Shown piece by piece: positions 19,446 through 28,216 of a stretch of DNA of 47,262 nucleotides. The DNA is from Candidatus Hodarchaeota archaeon (GTDB lineage: Archaea; Asgardarchaeota; Heimdallarchaeia; Hodarchaeales; Hodarchaeaceae): the NCBI GenBank assembly GCA_016839815.1, contig JAEOTM010000097.1, forward strand, positions 1-47,262, given 5' to 3'. Position 1 is the first letter of the stretch. The number at the start of each line of letters is the position of its first letter. The notes under the pieces are model-generated. The model was not told the origin of the DNA. It searched no databases and was given only the letters and a program-made list of their open reading frames with translations. The translations under genes were made by a program, and so were the position numbers.

Positions 19446-20714
19446 TCAGTTTAATGCTTCCTGAATTTTTTCTGACGAAAAATTACTATCGGGTACTTCT
19501 AGGATGGGTTGAATTGGTTTCAGGTCGAAATTCTCATTTAACCGTTTATGACCCCCTCCAGTTATATTCAATAATATCGTTTCGTTACTATTAATATTTT
19601 TACAGTCAACTGCTTGGATTAAAGATGCGATCGCGATTGCTGCAGGAGGAATGATATCAATTTCTTCTGTATCTGCCATTAATTTCATAGCTGACTGTGC
19701 CTCTACTTCTGAAACACTGTACATGTTTCCATTAGTTTCAGATAAAGCATCATAAACTCCTCCACTAATAGAGTATGGTGGTGTTCTATTTGCCAAAACT
19801 TCTGCAAATAAGGTTACCATGTCCTTAGATGGTAAGCTGAGATCCTCCTCAATAATTTTGTCACGTCGATTAGTCCAGGCTGTAACCATTGGAGCAAATC
19901 TTTTATTTTGGGATAAGTGTAATACAGGTAGATTTTTTCCAAATCTACCATCGGTGATCACCCTTTTAGCTGCTTCCCAAGCGGCAATCCCTCCAGTTCC
20001 ACTACCAATTGCTTGAAAATAATGTCTTGGAATTTCACCGATTACATTAATACCCTCCAAAAAGCAAGTTCCCATTCCATCTCTTCGTGCCACATTCTTA
20101 GCTCCCCCTTCTGTCTCCACTCCTAATTCATCTGATATCTTTGCCCCTAAGTTGATTGCATCCGTATAATCGTTCCCTGATTTCATAGTAATGAGTTTCA
20201 CCGAATTTTCAGATATATCCCCAACGGTCCAAAGACGATTACGAGCTGATTGCGGGGCTACAATGACAATATCAAAATTGTGATTAACTGTTGCCTCTGC
20301 AAATGCTCTACCTGTATTGCCAGCAGTAGCAATTAATATCTCCTTAATTCCCTTTTCCTTTGCTCGAATAATGGTGGGTGGAGCTTCTAATCCCTTAAAA
20401 GTTCCTGTAAAAATTTTTGCTTCCTTTTCAGGCCAATAACCATTAAAGGCAATGTAAAGTTGTTTTAACCCTAATTCTTTACATAGTCCCTTACTTTTAT
20501 AAACGACTGTTTTTCCATCATCTGACTTGGTTGGAGGGTTATTAACGGGTAACCAATTCTTGAATCGCCATAGAGTATTCTCATTTGTCGGATTAAACTT
20601 GGTTTTCGAATAATTTGTCCGTAAAAAACTTGGATTCCTGCACGAACAGGAAAAATTATAATTATCTTCAATGACTCGTCCACAGGACACACATACTAAA
20701 TTATAAGAATTGAT
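19446..20714 (-). CDS. Cysteate synthase (threonine-synthase-like PLP enzyme); start extended to ATC 20714 (track start 20690)
   Basis: AFNGYWPE, TFKGLEA (PLP Lys), EGGAKNVARRDGMGT, HYFQAIGSGTGGIAAWEA, LLNITGGG; N-terminal CVSC...CSC Zn site. Confidence 0.88.
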   Translation of the reverse strand: MNSYNLVCVSCGRVIEDNYNFSCSCRNPSFLRTNYSKTKFNPTNENTLWRFKNWLPVNNPPTKSDDGKTVVYKSKGLCKELGLKQLYIAFNGYWPEKEAKIFTGTFKGLEAPPTIIRAKEKGIKEILIATAGNTGRAFAEATVNHNFDIVIVAPQSARNRLWTVGDISENSVKLITMKSGNDYTDAINLGAKISDELGVETEGGAKNVARRDGMGTCFLEGINVIGEIPRHYFQAIGSGTGGIAAWEAAKRVITDGRFGKNLPVLHLSQNKRFAPMVTAWTNRRDKIIEEDLSLPSKDMVTLFAEVLANRTPPYSISGGVYDALSETNGNMYSVSEVEAQSAMKLMADTEEIDIIPPAAIAIASLIQAVDCKNINSNETILLNITGGGHKRLNENFDLKPIQPILEVPDSNFSSEKIQEALN

Positions 20715-20719
20715 TTAAA

Positions 20720-20725
20720 TCACCT
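20720..20725 (-). promoter_or_regulatory. Shine-Dalgarno site AGGTGA of cysteate synthase
   Basis: Minus strand reads AGGTGA-TTTAA-ATC; similar GGTGA spacing (6-7 nt) precedes the starts at 18906 and 33625. Confidence 0.6.
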
Positions 20726-20876
20726 GCTTTCAAATCTCCCTCTTTGTGACAACTATAGGTGGAATAAATTTGCTATTAATCTTTTATGGAAATTTCACTC
20801 TCTTATTAGGGTAATACAGCAGTAATTTTTTCCTTATTGAACTATCTCAAAGCCTTTCTCTATTTAGCTTTATTAG

Positions 20877-21962
20877 TTATTCAAGCTTGAATTGATCAAT
20901 TGCTCCTAGCATTTTTGTACTTAAATCAGAAAGTTCTTGTAAAGAAGAGGTCAATTGTCCAACAGCACTGGATTGTTCCTCAGTACTCGCAGCTACCTCT
21001 TCACTAGAGGCGCTATACTCCTCAGCTTGAGCAGCTAGCTCTTGAAGGTGAGCCCGAAGATTTGCGGTTGATATTTTTATTTGAGAAGTGATTTCCAAGG
21101 TTATATGAGAGATATCAACAGCATTTATTCTTGTTTCTTCTGATAAACGTCTAACATTGTCAGCTACGACGTCAAAACCTTTCCCAAACTCTCCAGCTCG
21201 TGCTGCTTCGATTGCAGCGTTAATGGCGAGTAAATTTGTTTGATTAGCGATTTCTTCTATTACTTCTAGAGTCTTACTTATATTCACTAATGCTGTATCG
21301 ACGAATTTTGCCATTTCATCCAGATTGTTCAAACCATTTGAAACTAATTCAGTTTGTTTTGACGCTCCTAAAGAAATTGCTTGAATTGTTGCAGCTATTT
21401 CTTCAGTTAGTGCACTAACCTCTTCTGCAGTTGCTGCAATCTCTTCTGTGGATGTTGCGAGATTTGTTGCTGCTCCTTGATTTGTAGCGATGATATTACG
21501 AAGATTATTTATTGCTAATAAGAAGGAAGTCTGGACTCTTCCAATCTCATCTCCACGAGGGTTTTCTAAACTTTTATATTTCTCTAATGAGAGTTCATTG
21601 TTGGCAATTTCAGCAGCAGATTCCGCTAGATCAACAAGTGGGCTAGCTAAAGATCGACTATAGAAGTAAACAACAAGAGCTCCTCCAATTAACCCAATAA
21701 GATAGGTAAAACCTGAGACCCACATCATTCTAACAAATTCGGACTCTACAAACTCTCCTACGGCAATATTTTCACTAAATTCATTTTTTATTGTATCAAT
21801 GACGTTATTTATGGAAAAACTATATACTGTCATTAGTAATGTTAGTGGTACAACAGTGACTACAAACATCACAGCAAGAAGCCGAAATTTTAATCCACGA
21901 GCTTGCCATAAGCTAGAGAAAATAGAGGACAATTTTATACACCTTTTAGAAAGAAAATTCAA
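20877..21962 (-). CDS. Methyl-accepting chemotaxis protein (2 TM, HAMP, shortened signalling domain)
   Basis: HAMP (LASPLVDL...RGDEIGRV), hairpin tip [30 protein letters not shown], methylation helices [12 protein letters not shown] and [12 protein letters not shown]. Confidence 0.92.
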   Translation of the reverse strand: MNFLSKRCIKLSSIFSSLWQARGLKFRLLAVMFVVTVVPLTLLMTVYSFSINNVIDTIKNEFSENIAVGEFVESEFVRMMWVSGFTYLIGLIGGALVVYFYSRSLASPLVDLAESAAEIANNELSLEKYKSLENPRGDEIGRVQTSFLLAINNLRNIIATNQGAATNLATSTEEIAATAEEVSALTEEIAATIQAISLGASKQTELVSNGLNNLDEMAKFVDTALVNISKTLEVIEEIANQTNLLAINAAIEAARAGEFGKGFDVVADNVRRLSEETRINAVDISHITLEITSQIKISTANLRAHLQELAAQAEEYSASSEEVAASTEEQSSAVGQLTSSLQELSDLSTKMLGAIDQFKLE

Positions 21963-22084
21963 ATAGAATTTTATTTACTCTATAAAAAATGAAATTTCAA
22001 TTCAAATACATCAATAATTACGAGGTCAGAATATTTTAATAAGATGTGTATTTACCTTTTCGAAGAGATGTTTGAGGTTTTGTC

Positions 22085-22468
22085 TTGTACGATTCAACTG
22101 AAGGTTTCCGCTCTGTTCTGAATGAAGTTTTCGAACAGAATTCTCAAGTTTTAATGATTTCCTTAACAACTCCTGAAGGATTACCGATTGTACTTCTTTC
22201 GCGGGGAGAATCTGGGATAGAAGAGATCACAGATGGAAGTATTACCAATCGTTATGCTGCACTTGTTGGTGCTAGTACCTCATTGGGTGACCGCACTCTA
22301 TCCACCCTCAGTCAGGAAAAGGTTCGATTAATCCATGTTCAGGGAGAATCACGAGATATTGCTATTTCGATTGCAGAAAAGGTGATAACTCTTGTGATTA
22401 CTGAACCTAGTGGTAGTGCTAATTTATTAGCTGAAAAACTCACAAATAGTCTGAAAGTACAGATGTAA
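22085..22468 (+). CDS. Roadblock/LC7 (MglB-like) protein
   Basis: ISLTTPEGLPI, YAALVGASTSLGDRTLSTL, LIHVQG; alpha-beta2-alpha-beta3-alpha pattern; GAGGT upstream of TTG. Confidence 0.85.
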   Translation: MYDSTEGFRSVLNEVFEQNSQVLMISLTTPEGLPIVLLSRGESGIEEITDGSITNRYAALVGASTSLGDRTLSTLSQEKVRLIHVQGESRDIAISIAEKVITLVITEPSGSANLLAEKLTNSLKVQM

Positions 22469-22469
22469 A

Positions 22470-24428
22470 TTGGTGGATGTAGTGAATAATCCTATTGAAT
22501 GGTTTGATCTCCTCAAAACAGCCATCGACCATACAATGGTTGAGGTTTCGGATTTTCCCTTAGATTCGGCCTTTTTATATTCGATAGAAGATGATAAATC
22601 AAATTTTTTCGTGAATAAAACAAGGATAGATAAGAAATACTTATCGATATTTGATCAAACATGGGCGATTCTTACACAAATTTTGACAAATGAACTTCAG
22701 CTATCGGGATGGAAGACCTTAACACTTTCAGGACGCACTCGTGCAATATCAATCAAATTATTGACACCCTTTCCGAAAGTCTATCTCACATTGATACATG
22801 AAATCAATTTTGATACAAACGAGTTTATGAAAATCTTTATGAAACACATCATAGAGTCTGGGTATAAGATTGAATTTGAAACAGCTGGCTTAGTTGCTTC
22901 CGAAGGTTACCCTATCTGGGTTATGTCTGAAACTCAACAAATTGATGAATATATGTTTGCTATATCAATAACATCTTTATTAACCTTAGTTGAACGTATA
23001 GATATGGAGGTAGCTGCTGGAGGAGTTTCTTCCTGTATTGTTCACGGAAATGAAAATCTGCAACTAAACGTTACCTTTAACCCAAGTCGTGATTTGGCCT
23101 TTGCTACAACTCAGAGAGTATCTGATCAGTCTCCTAATGTTGATGAAAAATTACAAATGATTTATGCCAATATATCGGATCCTGTACTTTTTAGTGCATA
23201 TGTTCCAGAAATAAAAAATCCAGAAAGGGAAAAAATACTATCAGAGTTACGAGAGGAAAATGTAGGGGAGATAACAGAGGAAGAAATGCAGAGTTTAAAT
23301 ATTTTTGATACAGAAACTCTTGATTCCTTGGTAAATGAAATTATGAGTGTTTCCCGTAATTTTGGCGCTAATGAGATCTCAATAGGATATTTACGGAAGC
23401 GTATGAAGTTACCAGCAGAAGTATTACATATGGCACTTGAATATTTGATTAGTAATAGTGCTATCATTGGAAGGATAGGGAGAGAAAAGCATTCTGGTAA
23501 AGAAATTCTTGTCATCCAATCTCAAAAAATACAATCAGAGACTGATATACTCACTATTCAGAATGTTCAACAACAGGTTAATGATTTATTTCTCCCGCTA
23601 GATCCTTTTTTGGCCCAGTTACCTATTGTGCAACAAATTGCAGAGACAGAGGTTATTTCTGAAGCTTTGTCTGAATTCCAAGTCCTACAATCGTTATCTG
23701 ATACAGACTCATTATTTCTACAGTCTGGGGATTTGAGAATATTAGCAAATCAATTAGAAAGGTCAGTAATGACTATAACCATGCTTCAAGATCAGGTGAC
23801 AGAAAATCAAGATAATGTGGATTTCGTACAAGAATTGAAAGAAAGACTTGATCGACAAATTGAGAAATTTATTAATCAACGATCGTCAATTGCCACCTCT
23901 GCGAAAAAATTATATTCAGATTTACTAAATTCTTATCGAATATTATTGAAATTGATACCTTCCCCAAGCAATATCAAATATAATAAAGCTATAGATAAAA
24001 TTTCATTGGTGTTTAAGTGTAATCATGCTTTGTGTAAAAATTTCCTCTATAAATATGATGATGCTATTGGCTGGCGTAGAATTATATATTTTTCACAGGT
24101 TTTAAATCTCATTGAGGGTTTTCCAGAGGGATGGGAGCAATTAGATAAAGAAGAAATGTCAACCATTGATATATTACTTTCTAAATTGAAAGAAATAACT
24201 AGTTCAGACCAATTTGCCTCATTGGAATCTTTTTCTTTTCTCTATGAATTGGATGAATTAATTATATCCAATATAGAGAGTGACAAAATGGTTTCCTCCC
24301 TTCGCCAAGCTCTTGATCAATCAAATAACCAAACAGATTATTATACCACCTATCGGCAGTGTAATAATTGTCAGAAGTGGTATTGTTCTAAGCATATTCG
24401 TGCAAATGATCTGTGTATCTATTGTTAA
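22470..24428 (+). CDS. Multidomain protein: tandem Roadblock domains, winged helix, coiled coil, Cys/His Zn finger
   Basis: aa ~8-128 and ~130-235 Roadblock-like (AGLVASEGYPI...SLLTLVERIDMEV...CIVHG); aa ~280-349 WH/PCI-like (EISIGYLRKRMKLPAEVLHMALEYLISNSAIIGRI); C517-x4-C and C631-x2-C-x4-C-x2-H-x6-C-x2-C. Confidence 0.72.
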   Translation: MVDVVNNPIEWFDLLKTAIDHTMVEVSDFPLDSAFLYSIEDDKSNFFVNKTRIDKKYLSIFDQTWAILTQILTNELQLSGWKTLTLSGRTRAISIKLLTPFPKVYLTLIHEINFDTNEFMKIFMKHIIESGYKIEFETAGLVASEGYPIWVMSETQQIDEYMFAISITSLLTLVERIDMEVAAGGVSSCIVHGNENLQLNVTFNPSRDLAFATTQRVSDQSPNVDEKLQMIYANISDPVLFSAYVPEIKNPEREKILSELREENVGEITEEEMQSLNIFDTETLDSLVNEIMSVSRNFGANEISIGYLRKRMKLPAEVLHMALEYLISNSAIIGRIGREKHSGKEILVIQSQKIQSETDILTIQNVQQQVNDLFLPLDPFLAQLPIVQQIAETEVISEALSEFQVLQSLSDTDSLFLQSGDLRILANQLERSVMTITMLQDQVTENQDNVDFVQELKERLDRQIEKFINQRSSIATSAKKLYSDLLNSYRILLKLIPSPSNIKYNKAIDKISLVFKCNHALCKNFLYKYDDAIGWRRIIYFSQVLNLIEGFPEGWEQLDKEEMSTIDILLSKLKEITSSDQFASLESFSFLYELDELIISNIESDKMVSSLRQALDQSNNQTDYYTTYRQCNNCQKWYCSKHIRANDLCIYC

Positions 24429-24484
24429 TACGATCATTATAATAGAATAGATCGTGTACAATCTCTGAAGATAGGAGAAATCCA

Positions 24485-25270
24485 ATGGTATTAGTGACAG
24501 GTATAGATATTGGTTCTCTAACCGCAAAAATTGTAGTTTTAGAACTAAAGGAAGATACTCTCGATAAAAGGTTCTCTCAAATACAGAAAGTAGGATATTC
24601 ACCAACTAGTATAGCCCAAAATCTAATAAAAAATGCAGAAAATGAAATAGATGGACAGAAATTAGATTATATTATATCGACGGGGTATGGGCGTCAATTA
24701 GTTGAGAGTGCAGATAAAACAATTACTGAAATTACCTGTCATGCTGTAGGAGCATATTATTCAGATCCAACAATTCATACGATAATTGATATTGGCGGAC
24801 AGGACTCCAAAGTGATTCGTGTTAATGATCAAGGGCAAGTTCAGGATTTTGAGATGAATGATAAATGTTCAGCTGGATCAGGGAGATTTTTAGAAGTAAT
24901 GGCTGATGCACTAGAAGTATCAATTGAGGAATTTGGATCACTAGGTTTAAACTCAACAACACCTAGTAAGATTTCAAGTACTTGTACAGTTTTTGCTGAA
25001 TCAGAAGTTATCTCACGAATAAACCAAGGAGCTAATCGCACTGATATTGTTGCTGGAATACATGAGTCTATTGTTAATAAAATTGTTGCCCTTGCTTCTC
25101 GTGTTGGAACTGAGCCTGAAATTTCTCTAACTGGAGGAGTTGCTTTGAATCCTGCAGTGAGAACCTTATTAGAACGGGAATTCGAAACCAAATTACAGAT
25201 TCCCAAAGAGCCCCAAATGAATGGGGCACTTGGAGCAGCAATCCTAGCATCAAAGTATTATACAAAATAG
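24485..25270 (+). CDS. 2-hydroxyacyl-CoA dehydratase activase (HgdC/BadF-type ASKHA ATPase, [4Fe-4S])
   Basis: GIDIGSLTAK, STGYGR, EITCHA, DIGGQDSK, MNDKCSAGSG, STCTVFAESE, GALGAA. Confidence 0.92.
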   Translation: MVLVTGIDIGSLTAKIVVLELKEDTLDKRFSQIQKVGYSPTSIAQNLIKNAENEIDGQKLDYIISTGYGRQLVESADKTITEITCHAVGAYYSDPTIHTIIDIGGQDSKVIRVNDQGQVQDFEMNDKCSAGSGRFLEVMADALEVSIEEFGSLGLNSTTPSKISSTCTVFAESEVISRINQGANRTDIVAGIHESIVNKIVALASRVGTEPEISLTGGVALNPAVRTLLEREFETKLQIPKEPQMNGALGAAILASKYYTK

Positions 25271-25278
25271 GGAGAATA

Positions 25279-26250
25279 ATGGCATCAAAGATCTATACAG
25301 GTTTAACTCTCCAGGAAGCACAAAATACTCTTTCAAGTATTCGACCATATATATTGAAAAGTCCCATTATTCGAAGCCATGCTTTAGAGGCTAAACTCAA
25401 TAAAAAAATATATTGTAAGTTGGAATATCTTCAACCGACTCGCTCCTTCAAAGTAAGAGGAGCATGTTCAAAAATTCTTTCCCTAGAGAATAATCAAGAA
25501 GGTGTAGTTACCGCCAGTGGAGGTAATCATGGTTTAGCTGTCTCGTATATCTGTAATGAGCTTAAACTCCCAGCTATTGTGTATCTTCCTACAAATACAA
25601 CTTCTGAAACGATCGATATGATCAAGTTTTGGGGAGGTACTCCTGTGCTTTATGGCTCATCTTGGGATGAAGCTGATGAGAAAGCACAATTGTATGCGAA
25701 AGAAATGCAGTTGCCTTATGTTCATGCTTTTGATGATACTGCAGTAGTTCGTGGACAGGGAACGATTGCGATTGAGATGCTCAATGAGCAATCAGGTCTC
25801 GATGCAATATTTCTATCAGTTGGGGGAGGAGGCTTAATTAGTGGTGTAGGTGTTATCGCTAAACAAATGAAACCTGAAGTCCATATTAATGGTGTAGAAA
25901 CAGTTGGAGCTGATGCTGTTACCCAAAGTTTCAATTCAGGAAGAATTGAACGATTGCCTGCAATTACTAGTATCGCTAAAACATTAGGTGCTCAACAAAC
26001 AACTGAGGATACTCTAGCTCGAATAAAAGTAAGTGTAAACGATATGCAGACTGTAACTGATCAAGAAGCTTTAGATGCCCTAAAATTCCTTTTGGAGGAG
26101 GAAAAGATCTTAGTAGAACCAGCTACTTCTTGTATTGTGGCAGCTTTACTCGAAAACAAATTTGATCTCTCACAATATAACACAATTGGTATCATACTTT
26201 GTGGTGCTAATGTCTCTCTTCGTGAACTTCAAAAATGGAATGTTGTTTGA
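25279..26250 (+). CDS. PLP-dependent threonine/serine dehydratase (catabolic type, no ACT domain)
   Basis: KLEYLQPTRSFKVRG, ASGGNHG, GQGTIAIE, SVGGGGL, VEPA, CGAN. Confidence 0.9.
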   Translation: MASKIYTGLTLQEAQNTLSSIRPYILKSPIIRSHALEAKLNKKIYCKLEYLQPTRSFKVRGACSKILSLENNQEGVVTASGGNHGLAVSYICNELKLPAIVYLPTNTTSETIDMIKFWGGTPVLYGSSWDEADEKAQLYAKEMQLPYVHAFDDTAVVRGQGTIAIEMLNEQSGLDAIFLSVGGGGLISGVGVIAKQMKPEVHINGVETVGADAVTQSFNSGRIERLPAITSIAKTLGAQQTTEDTLARIKVSVNDMQTVTDQEALDALKFLLEEEKILVEPATSCIVAALLENKFDLSQYNTIGIILCGANVSLRELQKWNVV

Positions 26251-26389
26251 TACCAGAGTCATAGACTACCCGTATTAGAGAACATTATAAATAAAAGGTT
26301 AACATTAGAAGTTTTGAAAGCCTGTTGGGTTATTGCTCTCTCACAGCTTTGATATGTTGTTAAAAAGATAAATACGAGATGGAACTAGA

Positions 26390-26893
26390 ATGGACACACT
26401 AGAATTATTAAAAAGTCGTCGAAGTATTAGAAAATATAAATCGACTCCAGTAGAAGAAGATAAAATCCAGAAATGCCTTGAAGCAGCTCGATGGGCTCCT
26501 TCTGCCTCAAATAAACAACCATGGGAATTTATGATCGTAACCAACAATAAATTTCGTCAGAAAATGGCTGAAGTTCACCCTTACGCAAAGTTTGTTTCCG
26601 AAAGTCCAGTAGTTTTCATTCCACTAACTGATCCGACCATTCATTCTGATTACCATCAATCAGACACTGCTCTTGCCACAATGCAATTCATGATTATGGC
26701 TCATTCACTAGGTTTAGGTACTTGTTGGGCTGGAGTAATTAATAAACCACAAATCGAGAATAAAATTAAAAAAATGCTCAATATACCCAATAAATTGCGG
26801 GTACTTGCGATTGTTGCTTTAGGTTATCCTGATCATACAAGAAAGTCGGAACGCAAGGACATGGAATCTTTACTTCATCGTGAGGAGTACTAA
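26390..26893 (+). CDS. Nitroreductase-family protein
   Basis: RRSIRKY, WAPSASNKQPWEF, AHSLGLGTCW, ALGYP. Confidence 0.93.
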   Translation: MDTLELLKSRRSIRKYKSTPVEEDKIQKCLEAARWAPSASNKQPWEFMIVTNNKFRQKMAEVHPYAKFVSESPVVFIPLTDPTIHSDYHQSDTALATMQFMIMAHSLGLGTCWAGVINKPQIENKIKKMLNIPNKLRVLAIVALGYPDHTRKSERKDMESLLHREEY

Positions 26894-26898
26894 AATTC

Positions 26899-28104
26899 TT
26901 ACTCCCAGACTGGAGTTGTGGCCAAAGAACCACAAAACGCACATGGAATAGGTTTGATATTAGAACCCTTTTTCAAAGTTTCAGAACTAAATACATGAAA
27001 ACACTGACCACATGCCATCTTTATAGCGACCTTTTCCCACCGATATTCGATTTTTTCTGTTAATTCTCCTCCGATGAATATATCTATAGGAGTGGGATAT
27101 TCAAACATGGTTCCTCGTTCAGACAAAAACATTTCAAATTTATATTTCATTATTTTAAACCTAGATAAACCATCTTTTGATATTACAATGGTTATAATTT
27201 TTATGAAATGATAAAGAGCAGAAACAGGAATGGAAATTACAAGCATCCATATAATTAATGTAATCCATGATATCGAAAATTGAAAAGGAATGTAAAATGG
27301 AACCACAAAGAGTGTTGGGAAAAGCATTAGGGGAACTAAAACCATCGATGTATTGAAAAATACGATATTAACTGTTATTTTCCGTTGAGATATTTCTTCT
27401 TCCTTTTTTACTTTTTCTTCAATCCAAGTCATTGTTTCTCCAATAAATGCCAGTAGGAATACATTATAGCCATAAATAAGTGCAGAGAGTATAAGGATAG
27501 GATAATTACTCATGTCAATAAGGAATTCGAATAATCCGTACGGTAATAGGACTAAGCTTCCCTCGAGGGAGAGGAAAGTTATTTGAATGATATCATATGC
27601 TACTTTACTAATAAAACGAGTAATACCAAGGTTTTTACGATATGCTTGAAGACCAATAAATGTATAGAATACACAAACAATGATAAGATTAATCCAAGCG
27701 ATTTCAAAAATATCTTGAGTATTAATGAAGAAATTAAAACCTGAACCAGAAATATATCTTAAAAAAACCATATAATTCAAAAGAGCTATAGTTTCAAAAA
27801 TCGAAATGGCTATCCAAGATTGAATTATTTCAAGTATCAGACGGATAATAGATTGAGAAGGAGAAGTAATCTGACCAATTATTCTCCAAATTAAGACTGT
27901 AGGGATAAAACTCCATCCCAAAACAAGAAAAAGGGTAAAAAATGCCATTCCAATTGTTGAAAATGGTTCAACATGGTCGGGAGCCGGAGAGACGCCAATG
28001 TTTTCCCAGAAGTTGATTGAATGTAAAAACTGTAAAAAAAAGTAACCAAAAGTGAGTATTAAAGAGAAAATAGACAAGTAGACCACTGTTCTCTTTAACC
28101 TCAA
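26899..28104 (-). CDS. Polytopic membrane protein with C-terminal Zn ribbon, hypothetical
   Basis: About 8 hydrophobic segments, then CGQC...CAFC near the C-terminus. Confidence 0.75.
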   Translation of the reverse strand: MRLKRTVVYLSIFSLILTFGYFFLQFLHSINFWENIGVSPAPDHVEPFSTIGMAFFTLFLVLGWSFIPTVLIWRIIGQITSPSQSIIRLILEIIQSWIAISIFETIALLNYMVFLRYISGSGFNFFINTQDIFEIAWINLIIVCVFYTFIGLQAYRKNLGITRFISKVAYDIIQITFLSLEGSLVLLPYGLFEFLIDMSNYPILILSALIYGYNVFLLAFIGETMTWIEEKVKKEEEISQRKITVNIVFFNTSMVLVPLMLFPTLFVVPFYIPFQFSISWITLIIWMLVISIPVSALYHFIKIITIVISKDGLSRFKIMKYKFEMFLSERGTMFEYPTPIDIFIGGELTEKIEYRWEKVAIKMACGQCFHVFSSETLKKGSNIKPIPCAFCGSLATTPVWE

Positions 28105-28216
28105 CTATTCACACAACCAAAAGGTACCAGAGTTTCATCTATTTATCAAAGTAGCTAGTATTATCAATCTCGAATGTTATCAAAAAAAGTTATAATTCAA
28201 TACTCGTAAGTGAATA

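Noticed and set aside
20471-20692. Same-strand alternate-frame ORFs (also 29918..30178, 43439..43645, 44068..44322) as frameshift products
   Set aside because: The main frames are intact with all motifs and the alternate peptides look non-coding.
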